NCBI GenBank assembly: GCA_963663405.2
Contig: CAXXSM010000117.1
Coordinates: 1 to 41,409 of the forward strand
Length of the DNA: 41,409 nt
Origin: a bacterium
GTDB lineage: Bacteria > Hinthialibacterota > Hinthialibacteria > Hinthialibacterales > Hinthialibacteraceae
Direction: 5' to 3'
Positions within the stretch are counted from its first letter, which is position 1, and the number at the start of each line of letters is the position of its first letter. Under the pieces are notes generated by a model. The model saw nothing but the letters and a program-made list of their open reading frames with translations. It ran no database searches and was not told the origin of the DNA. Both the position numbers and the translations under genes were made by a program. Positions 9,883 through 20,000 of this stretch are shown piece by piece.

Positions 9883-10896
9883 ATGACCACAGATAATATT
9901 CATCTCCTCAATGAGGAAAATATCACCAAAGCGTTTCAGAAGTTCGAGGCGCTTTTATCAACGCGAAAGGCCCGTGAGTGTTTACAAAACGCGCAAGCGG
10001 AGCTCGCATTTGATACAGAAGTTTTTTTACAGCCTTTACGCAACGATCTCGCGGAATGTATTGATGTGATCGCCAGTCTCACCCGCGAACGGGGAACGAC
10101 AGGAAAGGAATTGGAAAAAGCGATTCCCATTCTTTCTAAATACCTTGATCCCGGCGCGGATTTTTCTCAAGACGTCGCGCGATTGGAAAAGTTGATCGCG
10201 GATAAAAAACGCAGGCACCCGGATTTTATCCTCGCGGTGAAATTGCAAATGCTGGTGAGAAACTTTGAAGAGAAGTTGAATCTAACCAATCCCCTGAGCG
10301 CGGACTACACGAGAATCAAAGAGAATTACGAGAATGTCAAAGCGACTCTCGCGGGCCATATGAAAACCAAGATGCGCATCGCCCAGCACGCCCTGGCCCC
10401 CGATATGCTGGAATTGGCGCAGGCGCAGATTCAATTGATGCGGCACCATGAGAAAATTCTCTATCTGAAGAAAGAAATTCTTGACGCCGGCCGCACCCAT
10501 ACGGAACATACGCTCAAGAATTTCGCCTCGGTCTTCAAAGATGTTGAACCGGAGTTGGCGGATACGATTCTCCTGCAAACCCAAAGCCTGATCGCCACAG
10601 GGGATTTGCCAACGTATCCCGCTTTGAATGATGTTCCGAAGTCGTTGGATGAATATAAAGAGAACCTCGCGAAACAAGGGGAACGTCTGAAACTGTTCGA
10701 TAAAAGGCTGCATGAGTGCATGGAAAAATTGACAGAGCTGATGGAATTTGAAGAGACGATTTTCAATATGTACAGCGATCAATTACGAGAGAAGGGAGTT
10801 CAATTCAAGAAAAAAGCGAAAGTGGATAAAACCGGTACTGGGATGGGAATCAAATACAAGAAATCCAGCCGGATGGTTTCCCGCCGCTCGGAATAA
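9883..10896 (+). CDS. Hypothetical helical/coiled-coil protein with a basic C-terminus
   Basis: 337-aa ORF, RBS GAGG, rich in E/K/L. Confidence 0.8.
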   Translation: MTTDNIHLLNEENITKAFQKFEALLSTRKARECLQNAQAELAFDTEVFLQPLRNDLAECIDVIASLTRERGTTGKELEKAIPILSKYLDPGADFSQDVARLEKLIADKKRRHPDFILAVKLQMLVRNFEEKLNLTNPLSADYTRIKENYENVKATLAGHMKTKMRIAQHALAPDMLELAQAQIQLMRHHEKILYLKKEILDAGRTHTEHTLKNFASVFKDVEPELADTILLQTQSLIATGDLPTYPALNDVPKSLDEYKENLAKQGERLKLFDKRLHECMEKLTELMEFEETIFNMYSDQLREKGVQFKKKAKVDKTGTGMGIKYKKSSRMVSRRSE

Positions 10897-11196
10897 TTAA
10901 ATCAATACAGTTCTATTGAATCGTTCAATGTAAACCTTTGTAAAGCCTGTGTTCCAACGAGAAGAATAAGATTTCTCTCCACTCTCGGTTTTTTGTTTTT
11001 TTTACTATAAATGCAAATGGATCCGATTGACGTATTTCATAACGTTTTGGATTGATAAAAGCGGTTACGGCGCAATGCCGGAAAATAAAGACGTCGAATC
11101 GAAGAAGACAGTCACGGTAATTGGAGTCTGTCTTTTCGGCAAGAGGAACTGTCGAAAGGAACGTTTGTTGTACGCAATTGCCAGAAAAGAGAAACT

Positions 11197-12054
11197 ATGT
11201 CTTGGATCCATGCGCTGCTCGAAGTCATTAAAGCCGATATCACGCAAGAATATATGAGAGTAAATTCCTGCCGGAACTATCATGAATTATTCGATCGATC
11301 ACCAAGCGGTCAACTGGTCTTAGAGAATGTCGAAATGAGCGTTCGGGGACTTTCAAACCTCGGCGATTTCCCCAAAAAGTTAAGTGAAAAATACGAAGAT
11401 CTGGACGAAATTATTGAGTCCTATTGCGCGACCGGTGACGATCAATTTTTTCAAGACTCGGTGAAATCATCGAGCTGCTGCAAACGGTTAAACTATTTCC
11501 TCTTTACCAATCAGGCGAAGAATTTTGGCCTGGAACAACGGAACCGCTTTGCGGAAATCGTTCGTAAAAACGAAAATCTCGCGCAAGAGAAAATGGATGC
11601 CATTCGTGAAAGCAAACGGATCTTTTATCTTCAGATTGAAGATAAACTGTTGAGTTCCTCCAAGGTTCATACTCAACTCGGACAATATTTAGCTTTAATT
11701 GGAGCGCTCCTGCAAGCGCAAAACGAAATTTATTCCTGTGAAGAGAGCCTTGGCAATGTATTTCTTAAATACGTGAATCAAAACATGGTTTACGAAATGA
11801 AAGACGGACAGAAAGTGAAAAGCGAGACGGTCTCATCGTTTCTCGCGACAGTAAAATCGATCGAAAAGCGGGGCGTCGAAATCACGGCGGTCCATGCCCC
11901 CATCAAACAAGAACAACTGAAGACTTTTATTGAAGAGTACAAAGAGCATTTGGGAATCGTAAAAGATGAGGTAGGGCGGTTGGAGGATTTTACGAATTTA
12001 ATGCATAAAATCGCGCGACAAATACGCGCTCCGGATTTGTTGGTTGATGAATGA
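11197..12054 (+). CDS. Hypothetical helical protein (true start possibly 11075 via a one-base indel)
   Basis: 285-aa ORF; the frame stays open upstream to 11089. Confidence 0.8.
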   Translation: MSWIHALLEVIKADITQEYMRVNSCRNYHELFDRSPSGQLVLENVEMSVRGLSNLGDFPKKLSEKYEDLDEIIESYCATGDDQFFQDSVKSSSCCKRLNYFLFTNQAKNFGLEQRNRFAEIVRKNENLAQEKMDAIRESKRIFYLQIEDKLLSSSKVHTQLGQYLALIGALLQAQNEIYSCEESLGNVFLKYVNQNMVYEMKDGQKVKSETVSSFLATVKSIEKRGVEITAVHAPIKQEQLKTFIEEYKEHLGIVKDEVGRLEDFTNLMHKIARQIRAPDLLVDE

Positions 12055-12126
12055 TTTGACGAAAAGGACCTGACCAATACTTATTAGATCTTATTACTTT
12101 GCCAACCTATCATAAAACCGCGTGAA

Positions 12127-13308
12127 TCACCACGATTTCCACCCAGAGACCTGACGGTGGGGGTCTTTTGGTCCGACGATTTCCAACGGCAATGAGAACG
12201 TCTTTTGAGTGGGGGGATAACAGATAGTATCATTGCAGGCCTGATAATGAACAATGATTTCCACTTTCACTTTGCCTACGGGCAGTTTTTCCCCTGCTTT
12301 GAGTTGAATGGCGGATAGAGGAATGTCTTTTTCGTATTGCGCGACTTGAATCTCAAGAATCGGATCGCTTTTAAATATTGGTTTTGGATATTCAATTGGC
12401 TTGGATAGTTGAATCTCTTCTGGAAGTTTAAGTTCGATGTTTAAAGGAAACATCTTTGTTTCGGTATTCGCATACACATGAAATCCTTCCGCGAGGACGG
12501 GCAGAAACGCCAGTTTAAATTCATCACCAGGAGCGATTCGGTCGTGTGACCACATCCATTGGGCGTTCAGGACATCAGCCGGATCAATGGTTGGTGAGGA
12601 GGAACCACTTTCTCTCTTTTCTTCGCTGCTATCGCTGATGGAAGAAGCGCTTTCCAACTTCGGGGTATCCACGCCTTCTATCTTGGCCAGTTCCTTCAAA
12701 ATCATGGACAATGGAGGACGGGCGTTAATTGATCCTGGAACTTGTGTTTGAATAATTCCTTTTTTATCGATCAGATATGCGCTGAAAAGTGGATACGGCT
12801 TGCGGGATACTTGTTCGGGATCGCAGACAATGGGGAATTCATTCCTGACGAAACCAGAGATCCGCGTCAGCATGGAGGGATCCCGCTCCAGCTGCGCGAT
12901 GAAGATGACTTCTGTATTTAATTGTTTGAATAATTCGTAATGGGCTTGCAACTCCCTGAGTTGCCTAAGACAGTACAGTCACCACCAAGCGCGGCCGGTG
13001 ATCATCGCAACGTTTTTTGAGCCGATAAAATCACGCGGGCTTATCTTTTTTCCCGAAGCGTCTGGAAGTTGTATATCCTCTACCGGTTTTCCCACGGTGA
13101 TAGGTATGATCTTGCCCGATTGGATTTCCTGGTTTTGCTTCACTTCCGCTTCCAAGGTTTGAAATTTGCCCGTTTTCATGAAGAATTCATAATAACCGGG
13201 AAGCGTCTGTTCAGCCTTTGTTTCTCCAGACCAAACCAGAGGGGAAGCGATGAGATAGATGAGCGCCACTATCAGAGATGAGTACGTAATATATTTCATC
13301 ATGGTCAA
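12127..13308 (-). CDS. Exported selenoprotein: redoxin (AhpC-TSA/TlpA-like, UxxC) fused to a DsbD N-terminal-type domain, 393 aa with Sec at TGA 12979-12981
   Basis: One frame reads GKPVEDIQLPDASGKKISPRDF...GRAWW-TGA-LYCLRQLRELQ...FPIVCDP; C-terminal GFHVYA and YQACNDTICYPP; hairpin 14 nt after the TGA. Confidence 0.88.
12948..12964 (-). promoter_or_regulatory. Putative bacterial SECIS element
   Basis: GCAACTC-AGG-GAGTTGC perfect 7-bp stem with G-containing loop, 14 nt 3' of the in-frame UGA; extendable by CUU/AAG with an AG bulge. Confidence 0.8.
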
Positions 13309-13496
13309 CCGATCGTACCAATGTGATTACGTAAGAATGCAAGTACCATCATGTTAGCAGGAGAAGCGATTAATGCAATACGGTTTTTTTGGTTTTGGGA
13401 GGGGGAAATTCCTTAGGAATGGAAGGGGTGGGGATCAAGGTTTTCTTCTATCCGTTCTTAGTATCAATGACAGACGAAAAAATACGATTATCTAAT

Positions 13497-13841
13497 TCAC
13501 GTATTTCCCGTCTTTTCCCTCTTCCCTTGATCGTAGAGTTTCAATGTGTCCGGCTTAATTAACAGTATGGATACCGCAATGATGGCTGTTAATCCAATAT
13601 CCGTTAATCCTTTTTCACCTGAAATAATGCTAGGGATATACAAAATCAGATAGAAAACAATTGAAATCTTGCAAATCGCGCTGAAGAGGAGATGAAAATT
13701 AATCGTCAGCCAAGATGGTACATATTCCCGTCCATAAAAGGAATAATAACCTCGTACGATGCTTTCAACGAAAATCCATAAAAGAGAGATGAGAAGGCTG
13801 GAGATACATACTATACAAAGGATAATAAATAAATTTTCCAT
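13497..13841 (-). CDS. Small AT-rich membrane protein (about 3 TM)
   Basis: Three hydrophobic stretches; RBS GAGGA. Confidence 0.7.
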   Translation of the reverse strand: MENLFIILCIVCISSLLISLLWIFVESIVRGYYSFYGREYVPSWLTINFHLLFSAICKISIVFYLILYIPSIISGEKGLTDIGLTAIIAVSILLIKPDTLKLYDQGKREKTGNT

Positions 13842-13960
13842 TTATGATTCCTCTTCATTTGCTTAGGACGCAATGGAGAAATTATGTACTGTGAGTGTTT
13901 ATAGATCTGATTTTATCACAAATATAGAGAATTGGTCGCAATTTGTGCAATGAATTTTAC

Positions 13961-13989
13961 TTGACAATTATCCCTGCTTATTTCATACT
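13961..13989 (+). promoter_or_regulatory. Sigma70-type promoter
   Basis: TTGACA (13961-13966), 17-nt spacer, CATACT (13984-13989). Confidence 0.65.
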
Positions 13990-13994
13990 TTCAA

Positions 13995-14068
13995 TAATAT
14001 AACAGCGCTAGGGAGAGTATCCCTAGTCCGGCGCCCGATCATTTCCATGACCGGGTGTTTCTTTTTTA
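13995..14068 (+). ncRNA. Candidate small RNA (two hairpins, the second a terminator)
   Basis: CTAGGGA-gagta-TCCCTAG hairpin, then a 14031-14058 stem with TTCTTTTTT; no plus-strand CDS nearby. Confidence 0.5.
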
Positions 14069-14116
14069 TCGGTGAATAGATATAAGGTTCTAACACAGAA
14101 GGGTAACATCAAACTT

Positions 14117-15118
14117 TTACAATACTTCCTCCAACAACGGTAAATCATCCACCCACGGATTTCTTCTCCAGGCGAATTGTTTTAAATCGTGGAGTTGTTC
14201 TGGAGTGAGGTGTTGGCCATCGGATGGGGCGGTGTTGAGTTCCGCTTGTTTGAGGTTTCGGATGCCGGGGATGACGGTATCGGTTTCCGGGTGGCTTAAC
14301 ACCCATCGCAGGGCGAGTTCGGCTAGAGACATTCCTGGCGCGTTCGTTTCCGCCCATTCGCGGATCTTTTCGACCCGCTGTACGGTTGCTTTTAGGTTTT
14401 GATCCCGGAAATATATGCTGCGGAAATCGTCTTCGGGGAAGGTCTCATCCCCTTTGTATTTGCCGGTTAACGCTCCTTCATCATAGGCGACGCGGATGAT
14501 TGTGGCGACGTCATATTGTTTGCAGATGGGGAGTAAAGTTTCCCGTGGATGCTGTTCGAAGAGGTTGAAGATCAGTTGCAGGGAATCGATCACGCCGGTT
14601 TGCAGCGCGGGGATCACACATTCTGGAAAACTCTCCGTTGTCGAGATTCCAAATGCGCGGATTTTACCTTCCTTTTTCAGTTTTTCACCGGTTTCAAAAA
14701 TCTCATCCACTGTATTCCAGGTTTCGCACCAAGTGTGAAGCTGGTAGATATCAATGCAGTCGGTTTGCAGGTTCGCAAGGCTGGTTTCCACGCCATTGAC
14801 GATGTAATCAATGGGGAAGGTTTTTGAGTAAGGAGTCCAGGATGGAGGAGACCAGACCCGGTTTATCGGCGGCAGTTTCGTCGCGACATAGATCCGTTCT
14901 CTTCGTTCTTTTAGAACTTGTCCGATTAGTTTTTCACTGCGCCCTTCTCCATACGCTTGCGCGGTGTCGATAAAATTCCCACCTAGATCCAAATATCGAT
15001 GTAGGGCCTTGAGGGATTCATCGTCATCCTGATCGCCCCACCATCCTCCAATGGCCCAGGCGCCGAATCCAATTTCTGACAATTCCCATCCCATACGTCC
15101 AAACCGGCGGGTTTTCAT
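14117..15118 (-). CDS. Aldo/keto reductase
   Basis: IGFGAWAIGG, IDTAQAYG, VATK, DIYQLH, LALRW and VIPG. Confidence 0.95.
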   Translation of the reverse strand: MKTRRFGRMGWELSEIGFGAWAIGGWWGDQDDDESLKALHRYLDLGGNFIDTAQAYGEGRSEKLIGQVLKERRERIYVATKLPPINRVWSPPSWTPYSKTFPIDYIVNGVETSLANLQTDCIDIYQLHTWCETWNTVDEIFETGEKLKKEGKIRAFGISTTESFPECVIPALQTGVIDSLQLIFNLFEQHPRETLLPICKQYDVATIIRVAYDEGALTGKYKGDETFPEDDFRSIYFRDQNLKATVQRVEKIREWAETNAPGMSLAELALRWVLSHPETDTVIPGIRNLKQAELNTAPSDGQHLTPEQLHDLKQFAWRRNPWVDDLPLLEEVL

Positions 15119-15136
15119 AATTAGTATCCTTTCTTC

Positions 15137-15721
15137 CTATGTGGCGCTGCCTATTTCTTCGGAAGAAACGTCCGGTGTATCCGGATTTTCATCCGCGTCC
15201 AATAGATCGTCTGTATGGATTGCGGCGCTTGCTTCGGGGATTGCTTCGGCGGAGATGGATGGTTCACGGACGAATTCGCTTCGCTCTTCCGGGGTGAACA
15301 CCACGCGATCCGTCAGGATGGATTTCTGTATCCAGCCTTCGTTCGTTCCCCATGCGTTAACTTTGATCCATTCGCTGTCTTTAGGTGTTTCTTTGATAAT
15401 CACTTCGATCCCACGGGATAGATTGATTATTGGTTTCGCGTCTTCGGATGGTTCACTCAAGAGGAGCGTGCGAACGCCGACCAGAACGTTCTCCGTGGCG
15501 GTAACCATTTCCACATCCCGCGCGTAGAATTGAAAGAGGTGTTTCTCGGCTGTTATGGTCACAACGAAACGCTGTTCGAATTCACGCACAATCACACGTC
15601 CCTCGCGAGGGCCATGAATGGTGACGGCGGTTCCCGCGTCAGAAGAAGCGGCGCCGGCCTCCAGGAGAAGCACACAAGTCAAAAGAGAGTAGACAAGAGA
15701 TTTTACGTATCGGTTCATCAT
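15137..15721 (-). CDS. Secreted protein with a bacterial SH3-like domain and acidic tail
   Basis: Signal peptide after MMNRYV; LLSEPSEDAKPII.LSRG..V...EWIKV....EGWIQKSIL pattern; ORF track starts at 15760. Confidence 0.75.
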   Translation of the reverse strand: MMNRYVKSLVYSLLTCVLLLEAGAASSDAGTAVTIHGPREGRVIVREFEQRFVVTITAEKHLFQFYARDVEMVTATENVLVGVRTLLLSEPSEDAKPIINLSRGIEVIIKETPKDSEWIKVNAWGTNEGWIQKSILTDRVVFTPEERSEFVREPSISAEAIPEASAAIHTDDLLDADENPDTPDVSSEEIGSAT

Positions 15722-15780
15722 GCCGCCTTTCTCAAAAACGATAGAATCATAGTATAACAAAAAAAGAAGGAATCTCGATC

Positions 15781-15975
15781 GTGAACAAATGGATTTTGAA
15801 AGGATTGCTTATTTGCTTGATCGTACCGGCCGTCTCATGCGGTTCCGTCAAACGCCGTGAGATGACAGTGGCTCCGGACGATTCGTCTTCCCAGGCCATC
15901 GTAAAGGATGAAGAGGCGCCCACACTCGAAGACTTGTCCGGTTTTTTATATCCCGTTCATAAATCGCGGAAATAA
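15781..15975 (+). CDS. Small putative lipoprotein
   Basis: Hydrophobic signal peptide ending AVS|C; AAGGA upstream. Confidence 0.6.
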   Translation: MNKWILKGLLICLIVPAVSCGSVKRREMTVAPDDSSSQAIVKDEEAPTLEDLSGFLYPVHKSRK

Positions 15976-15994
15976 TCTACGACAACATGCGCGA

Positions 15995-16921
15995 TCAAGA
16001 AAACGCGTTTCTCAAGAGTTCGACGCTTTTGGGTACGCCGGTGTCCGCATTTTCTTTTCCTTCAAACTCGATTGAGACGTATCCGCTGTAATTCGTATCC
16101 GCGAGAATCTTTGCGACGCGGTCATAGTCGAGATCCAATGTATACCACTCTCCACCGCCATAGTATGTTTTCGCTTGGACGAAAACCGTTTTTGGAGCGA
16201 TCCTCTTTAATTTCTCATAGGGATCTTCCAAGAAATTGCCAGTGTCCATCAACACGCCCAACCAGGGTGAATCGATGGCGTTGACGATGCGCAGAAGCCC
16301 TTCCGGCGTTCTTGAAAGTCCCCAATGATTTTCCAGAGCAAGGAGCACACCGCATTTTTCCGCTAAGGGTATACATTTCTCGATTGAATCAATGCACCAT
16401 TTGAACGCGTCATCGAGTGTATAGCCTTCCAGCGGCGGTTCCTCTCCGCGTAGTTCCATTAAGCGGTCGAATGACTGGATGGTTCCCCAGCGGCCTGAAT
16501 TTAAACGAATGCATGGGATTCCCATCTCATACGCCAGCTCGATGCAGTGTTCTGTATGTTGGATGTGTTTCTGCCGGCTTTCTTCATCGGGTGAGACGAA
16601 ATCTTGGTGAATGGAGAGGGCGATTAAATCAATTCCATTGACAAAAGCCCGGCGTTTCAGACTCTGGAGATAAGGGCGGTCTTCTCCACTCATTTGCCGG
16701 TGGAGAATATCGACACCTTCCACGCCTAGTGCGCTGGCTTTATCGATGACGGTTTCAATGGACACTTTGGGATCGCGGAAATGCCAATAGGAGTAGGATG
16801 ATATGCCTAGTTTAATCCGTTTCTTCACAGGCGCCGCGCTAGCTGTTATAGGAGCGAGCGCGCAGGCGGCGGTTCCCAAAGCCGCGCTGGTTAATAAGGA
16901 ACGGCGTGATATGTTCATCAT
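15995..16921 (-). CDS. Tat-exported sugar phosphate isomerase/epimerase (xylose isomerase-like TIM barrel)
   Basis: SRRSLL Tat motif; LENHWG, MDTGNF, QAK and SIEFEG. Confidence 0.92.
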   Translation of the reverse strand: MMNISRRSLLTSAALGTAACALAPITASAAPVKKRIKLGISSYSYWHFRDPKVSIETVIDKASALGVEGVDILHRQMSGEDRPYLQSLKRRAFVNGIDLIALSIHQDFVSPDEESRQKHIQHTEHCIELAYEMGIPCIRLNSGRWGTIQSFDRLMELRGEEPPLEGYTLDDAFKWCIDSIEKCIPLAEKCGVLLALENHWGLSRTPEGLLRIVNAIDSPWLGVLMDTGNFLEDPYEKLKRIAPKTVFVQAKTYYGGGEWYTLDLDYDRVAKILADTNYSGYVSIEFEGKENADTGVPKSVELLRNAFS

Positions 16922-17000
16922 GAATCCTTTCTATCGTAAAGTTTCATGGCATGAAGAATAGTAAAGTTTCTCTGATGGGAAATTATAGTTTCTTACGGTT

Positions 17001-20000
17001 TCAATTCATGGGTTGGGACGAATATTTTGTCTTAATCCGGTAACTTCCCGCTTTTGCGGAAAAGACGAGACAACCATCCCGGCGATCTTTGAGTTCCGGC
17101 AGGGAACCTGCGCCAACGATCTCGTAAAACTCCAAATCGGAGCTGGGCGCGAACACCGTCGCGGCGCTGTTGGGGGGGATCGTGAGATCCAGCGTCAATT
17201 CATCATTCTCAATTGACCAGGAAACTTTGATGGTTCCATAAAGTGTTTCCAGCGAGCCTTTCGCGTAGGTCAATCCACCGCCTGGACGTGGATGGAGAAT
17301 GAAATGCTTGAAACCTGGATTCATCGGATCTGGATTGATTCCGATGATATGGCGGTACATCCATTCTCCTACCGCCCCGATCGCATAGTGGTTGAATGAA
17401 TTCATACCAGGATTTTGGAAACCACGTCCTTCAACCCATCCATCCCAGCGCTCCCAAATCGTGGTCGCGCCGTGATCGATCGTATAGCCCCATGAAGGGA
17501 TTGTCCGGTTGGCTAGAAGTTTGTACGCGGTTTCGGTGTGTCCGTTGCGCGCGAGTTCCAGCATTAGCCGGTTGGTTCCTTGGATACCGGTGGAGAGATG
17601 CCCATTGTATCGTTCGATCCCTTCAAGAAGGTATTTCACGGCGGATTGGCGCGCCTTTTCTGGAAGCAAGTTAAAATGGAGCGCGAGCGCGTAGGCGGTT
17701 TGTGTCTCACTGGTGATGCGGCCATCCGGTTGCAGGAAATGTTCGCAGAACGAGGCTTTGATATCTTTCGCTAACCGCAAATATCCTGTCGCTTCCGAGT
17801 CCCGGCCCAAGATCGCCGCCATTTTTGAAAGCAGTTCGGTGGAATGCGCGAAGAATGCAGTGGCGAAAACATCCGCTGGAGTATTCCCGCCTTGTTTCGG
17901 CCAGTTTTCAAGGATCAGCGTATCAGCGTTCAGCCAATCCCCATAATTGTTTCCCCGCCCATTAACCCAGATCAAGTCTTCGCTCTGGCTGCGAACGTAT
18001 TCCACCCATCGTTTGGCGGCTTCATAATGGCGTTGGAGAATGCGTGTATCCGCGTAGTTTTCATAGACGCGCCACGGGACGATCACACCCGCGTCAGCCC
18101 ATGCCGGCGCGGCGAGAAATTGATTTTTCGGCATTAATGGATTCGGTGAAAAATCGGAGAACCGCCCATCCTCCGCCTGCGCTTCTTCGATATCCCGGCG
18201 CCATTTCGTAAAGAACGCGGCCATGTTCATGTTGAAGCAGGCCGCTTGGGAAAAGAGCTGGGCGTCTCCCATCCAACCGAGCCGCTCGTCCCGCTGCGGA
18301 CAATCCGTGGGTGTGCTGTGCATATTCCCGCGCTGGGTCCAAGCGATGTTTTTCATCAGCTGATTCCACAGGGGATTGGAACATTCAAACGATCCGCATA
18401 AGGGCGCCGCAGAATGGATGACACATCCTGTCAAGTCATCCAATGAGGGACGTTCGGGAAGGCCGGTGACTTCCACATAACGGAAACCATGATAGGTGAA
18501 ATGAGGCTCGAAGATTTCCTCTCCATCTCCCCGGCAAATGTATATATCCTTTTGATAATCCACTGGATCGCGCCGATTGTTATCCCGCAGGTTTTTTGTG
18601 TAGACGCTGCCATCCGGATTCAGGACTTCCGCGAATCGCATCGTAATCCGCTGACCGGATGGGGCGTGTATTTTTAAGCGAATCCAACCCACCATATTTT
18701 GGCTCAGATCGAACACAAAACAGTTCGGTTTTGGTTCGGTGACTTGGACCGGTTGTATTTCCTGGGTGATTTGAATTGGTTCATTGGGTTGCGTAGTCCG
18801 CTTCGCCCCGTTGTCATCCAGTCTCTCCGCAGAGAGCCATTCACTGTCGTCAAATCCAGGCGCAGACCAACCGGGCATTTCCAAGCGTCCATCATGCTCT
18901 TCGCCTCGGATGATATCCGCAGCGCGGATTGGGCCTTTGTTCGTGGCTTTCCAACTTTCATCCGTTACGAGAATCTGTTTGCTTCCATCCTCATATTCAA
19001 TCTCCAATTGGGCTAGGAATCCCAGTTGATCGCCGTAGAGTCTCGGACCGATTAAACCGACCAGCCCCGCGTACCATCCTTCTCCGAGTATCGCGCCAAT
19101 CGTGTTCGCGCCCGGTTGTAATAACGAAGTTATATCGTAGGTTTGATACTGGATTCGTTGCGTATAATCAGTCCACTCCGGAGCGAGGATGTTTTCCCCT
19201 GCCCGCTTCCCGTTGAGACACAATTCATATAATCCCCGCGCTGTGACATACACCATCGCCCTTCGCAGGCCCGGCTTCAGTTCGAATTCTTTGCGCAGCA
19301 TCGGCGCCGGATCCGGTAGAGCGAAACGTTCTGTCTGCGTGACGATGATTCCATCGTTTAGATGCTTCAACGACCATTGATTGGATTCAATATGATCCAA
19401 CGCGTTGACCGATTTCCCTTCCGATAGAACGCGCCCTTTATTAAGAATCTGCATTTCCGCCAACGCGAATCCATAGTTATCCTCATCCCGATGCGTGAGC
19501 CGGTTTACGATAAAGCGAACGTATCGATACGTTCGTGGAGAGAAGCGGTATGTTTGCGCGGCGGCGCCTGGATGGGGAACGTCTTCTGTGGAATTGTCCC
19601 ATACGATTTCAAATTCGGTGAATGTTGGATCGTTGGACACGTCGATGCGAAAGCGGATGGGGAACAGAAACCCTGGATCTTTTGAATAATCAAACGGTTG
19701 GACGGGGATGAGCCGCAGGGCGTCAAATTCCGTGGGCTCTCCCAGATCGATTTGAATCCATTTTTTTCGTTCAGCGGATTTTTCAATCGCACTGTGATAT
19801 CCGACATGAGCTTGGACGCCTTTCGTCATTTTCCCTGGATACCCAATCCAATCCGCTTTCCAATCCGCTGGATGGAGTAATCCCATATGCCAACAGGCGG
19901 GTTGACTGTATGCGCTGATTTCCCCTTTTTCGTTCCAAGCTCGCACTTTCCAATAATAACGATTTCCAGATTGCAGTGGCGCGCCCTCATATTCGATATG

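Noticed and set aside
11060-11190. Hairpins upstream of 11197 as a c-di-GMP or other riboswitch
   Set aside because: Consensus motifs do not match; the region is better explained as coding sequence
12979-13308. 109-aa ORF and the 274-aa ORF at 12127..12951 as two genes or a nonsense pseudogene
   Set aside because: The stop falls on the catalytic position of a CxxC-type motif and is followed by a SECIS-like hairpin; neither half is a complete thioredoxin fold
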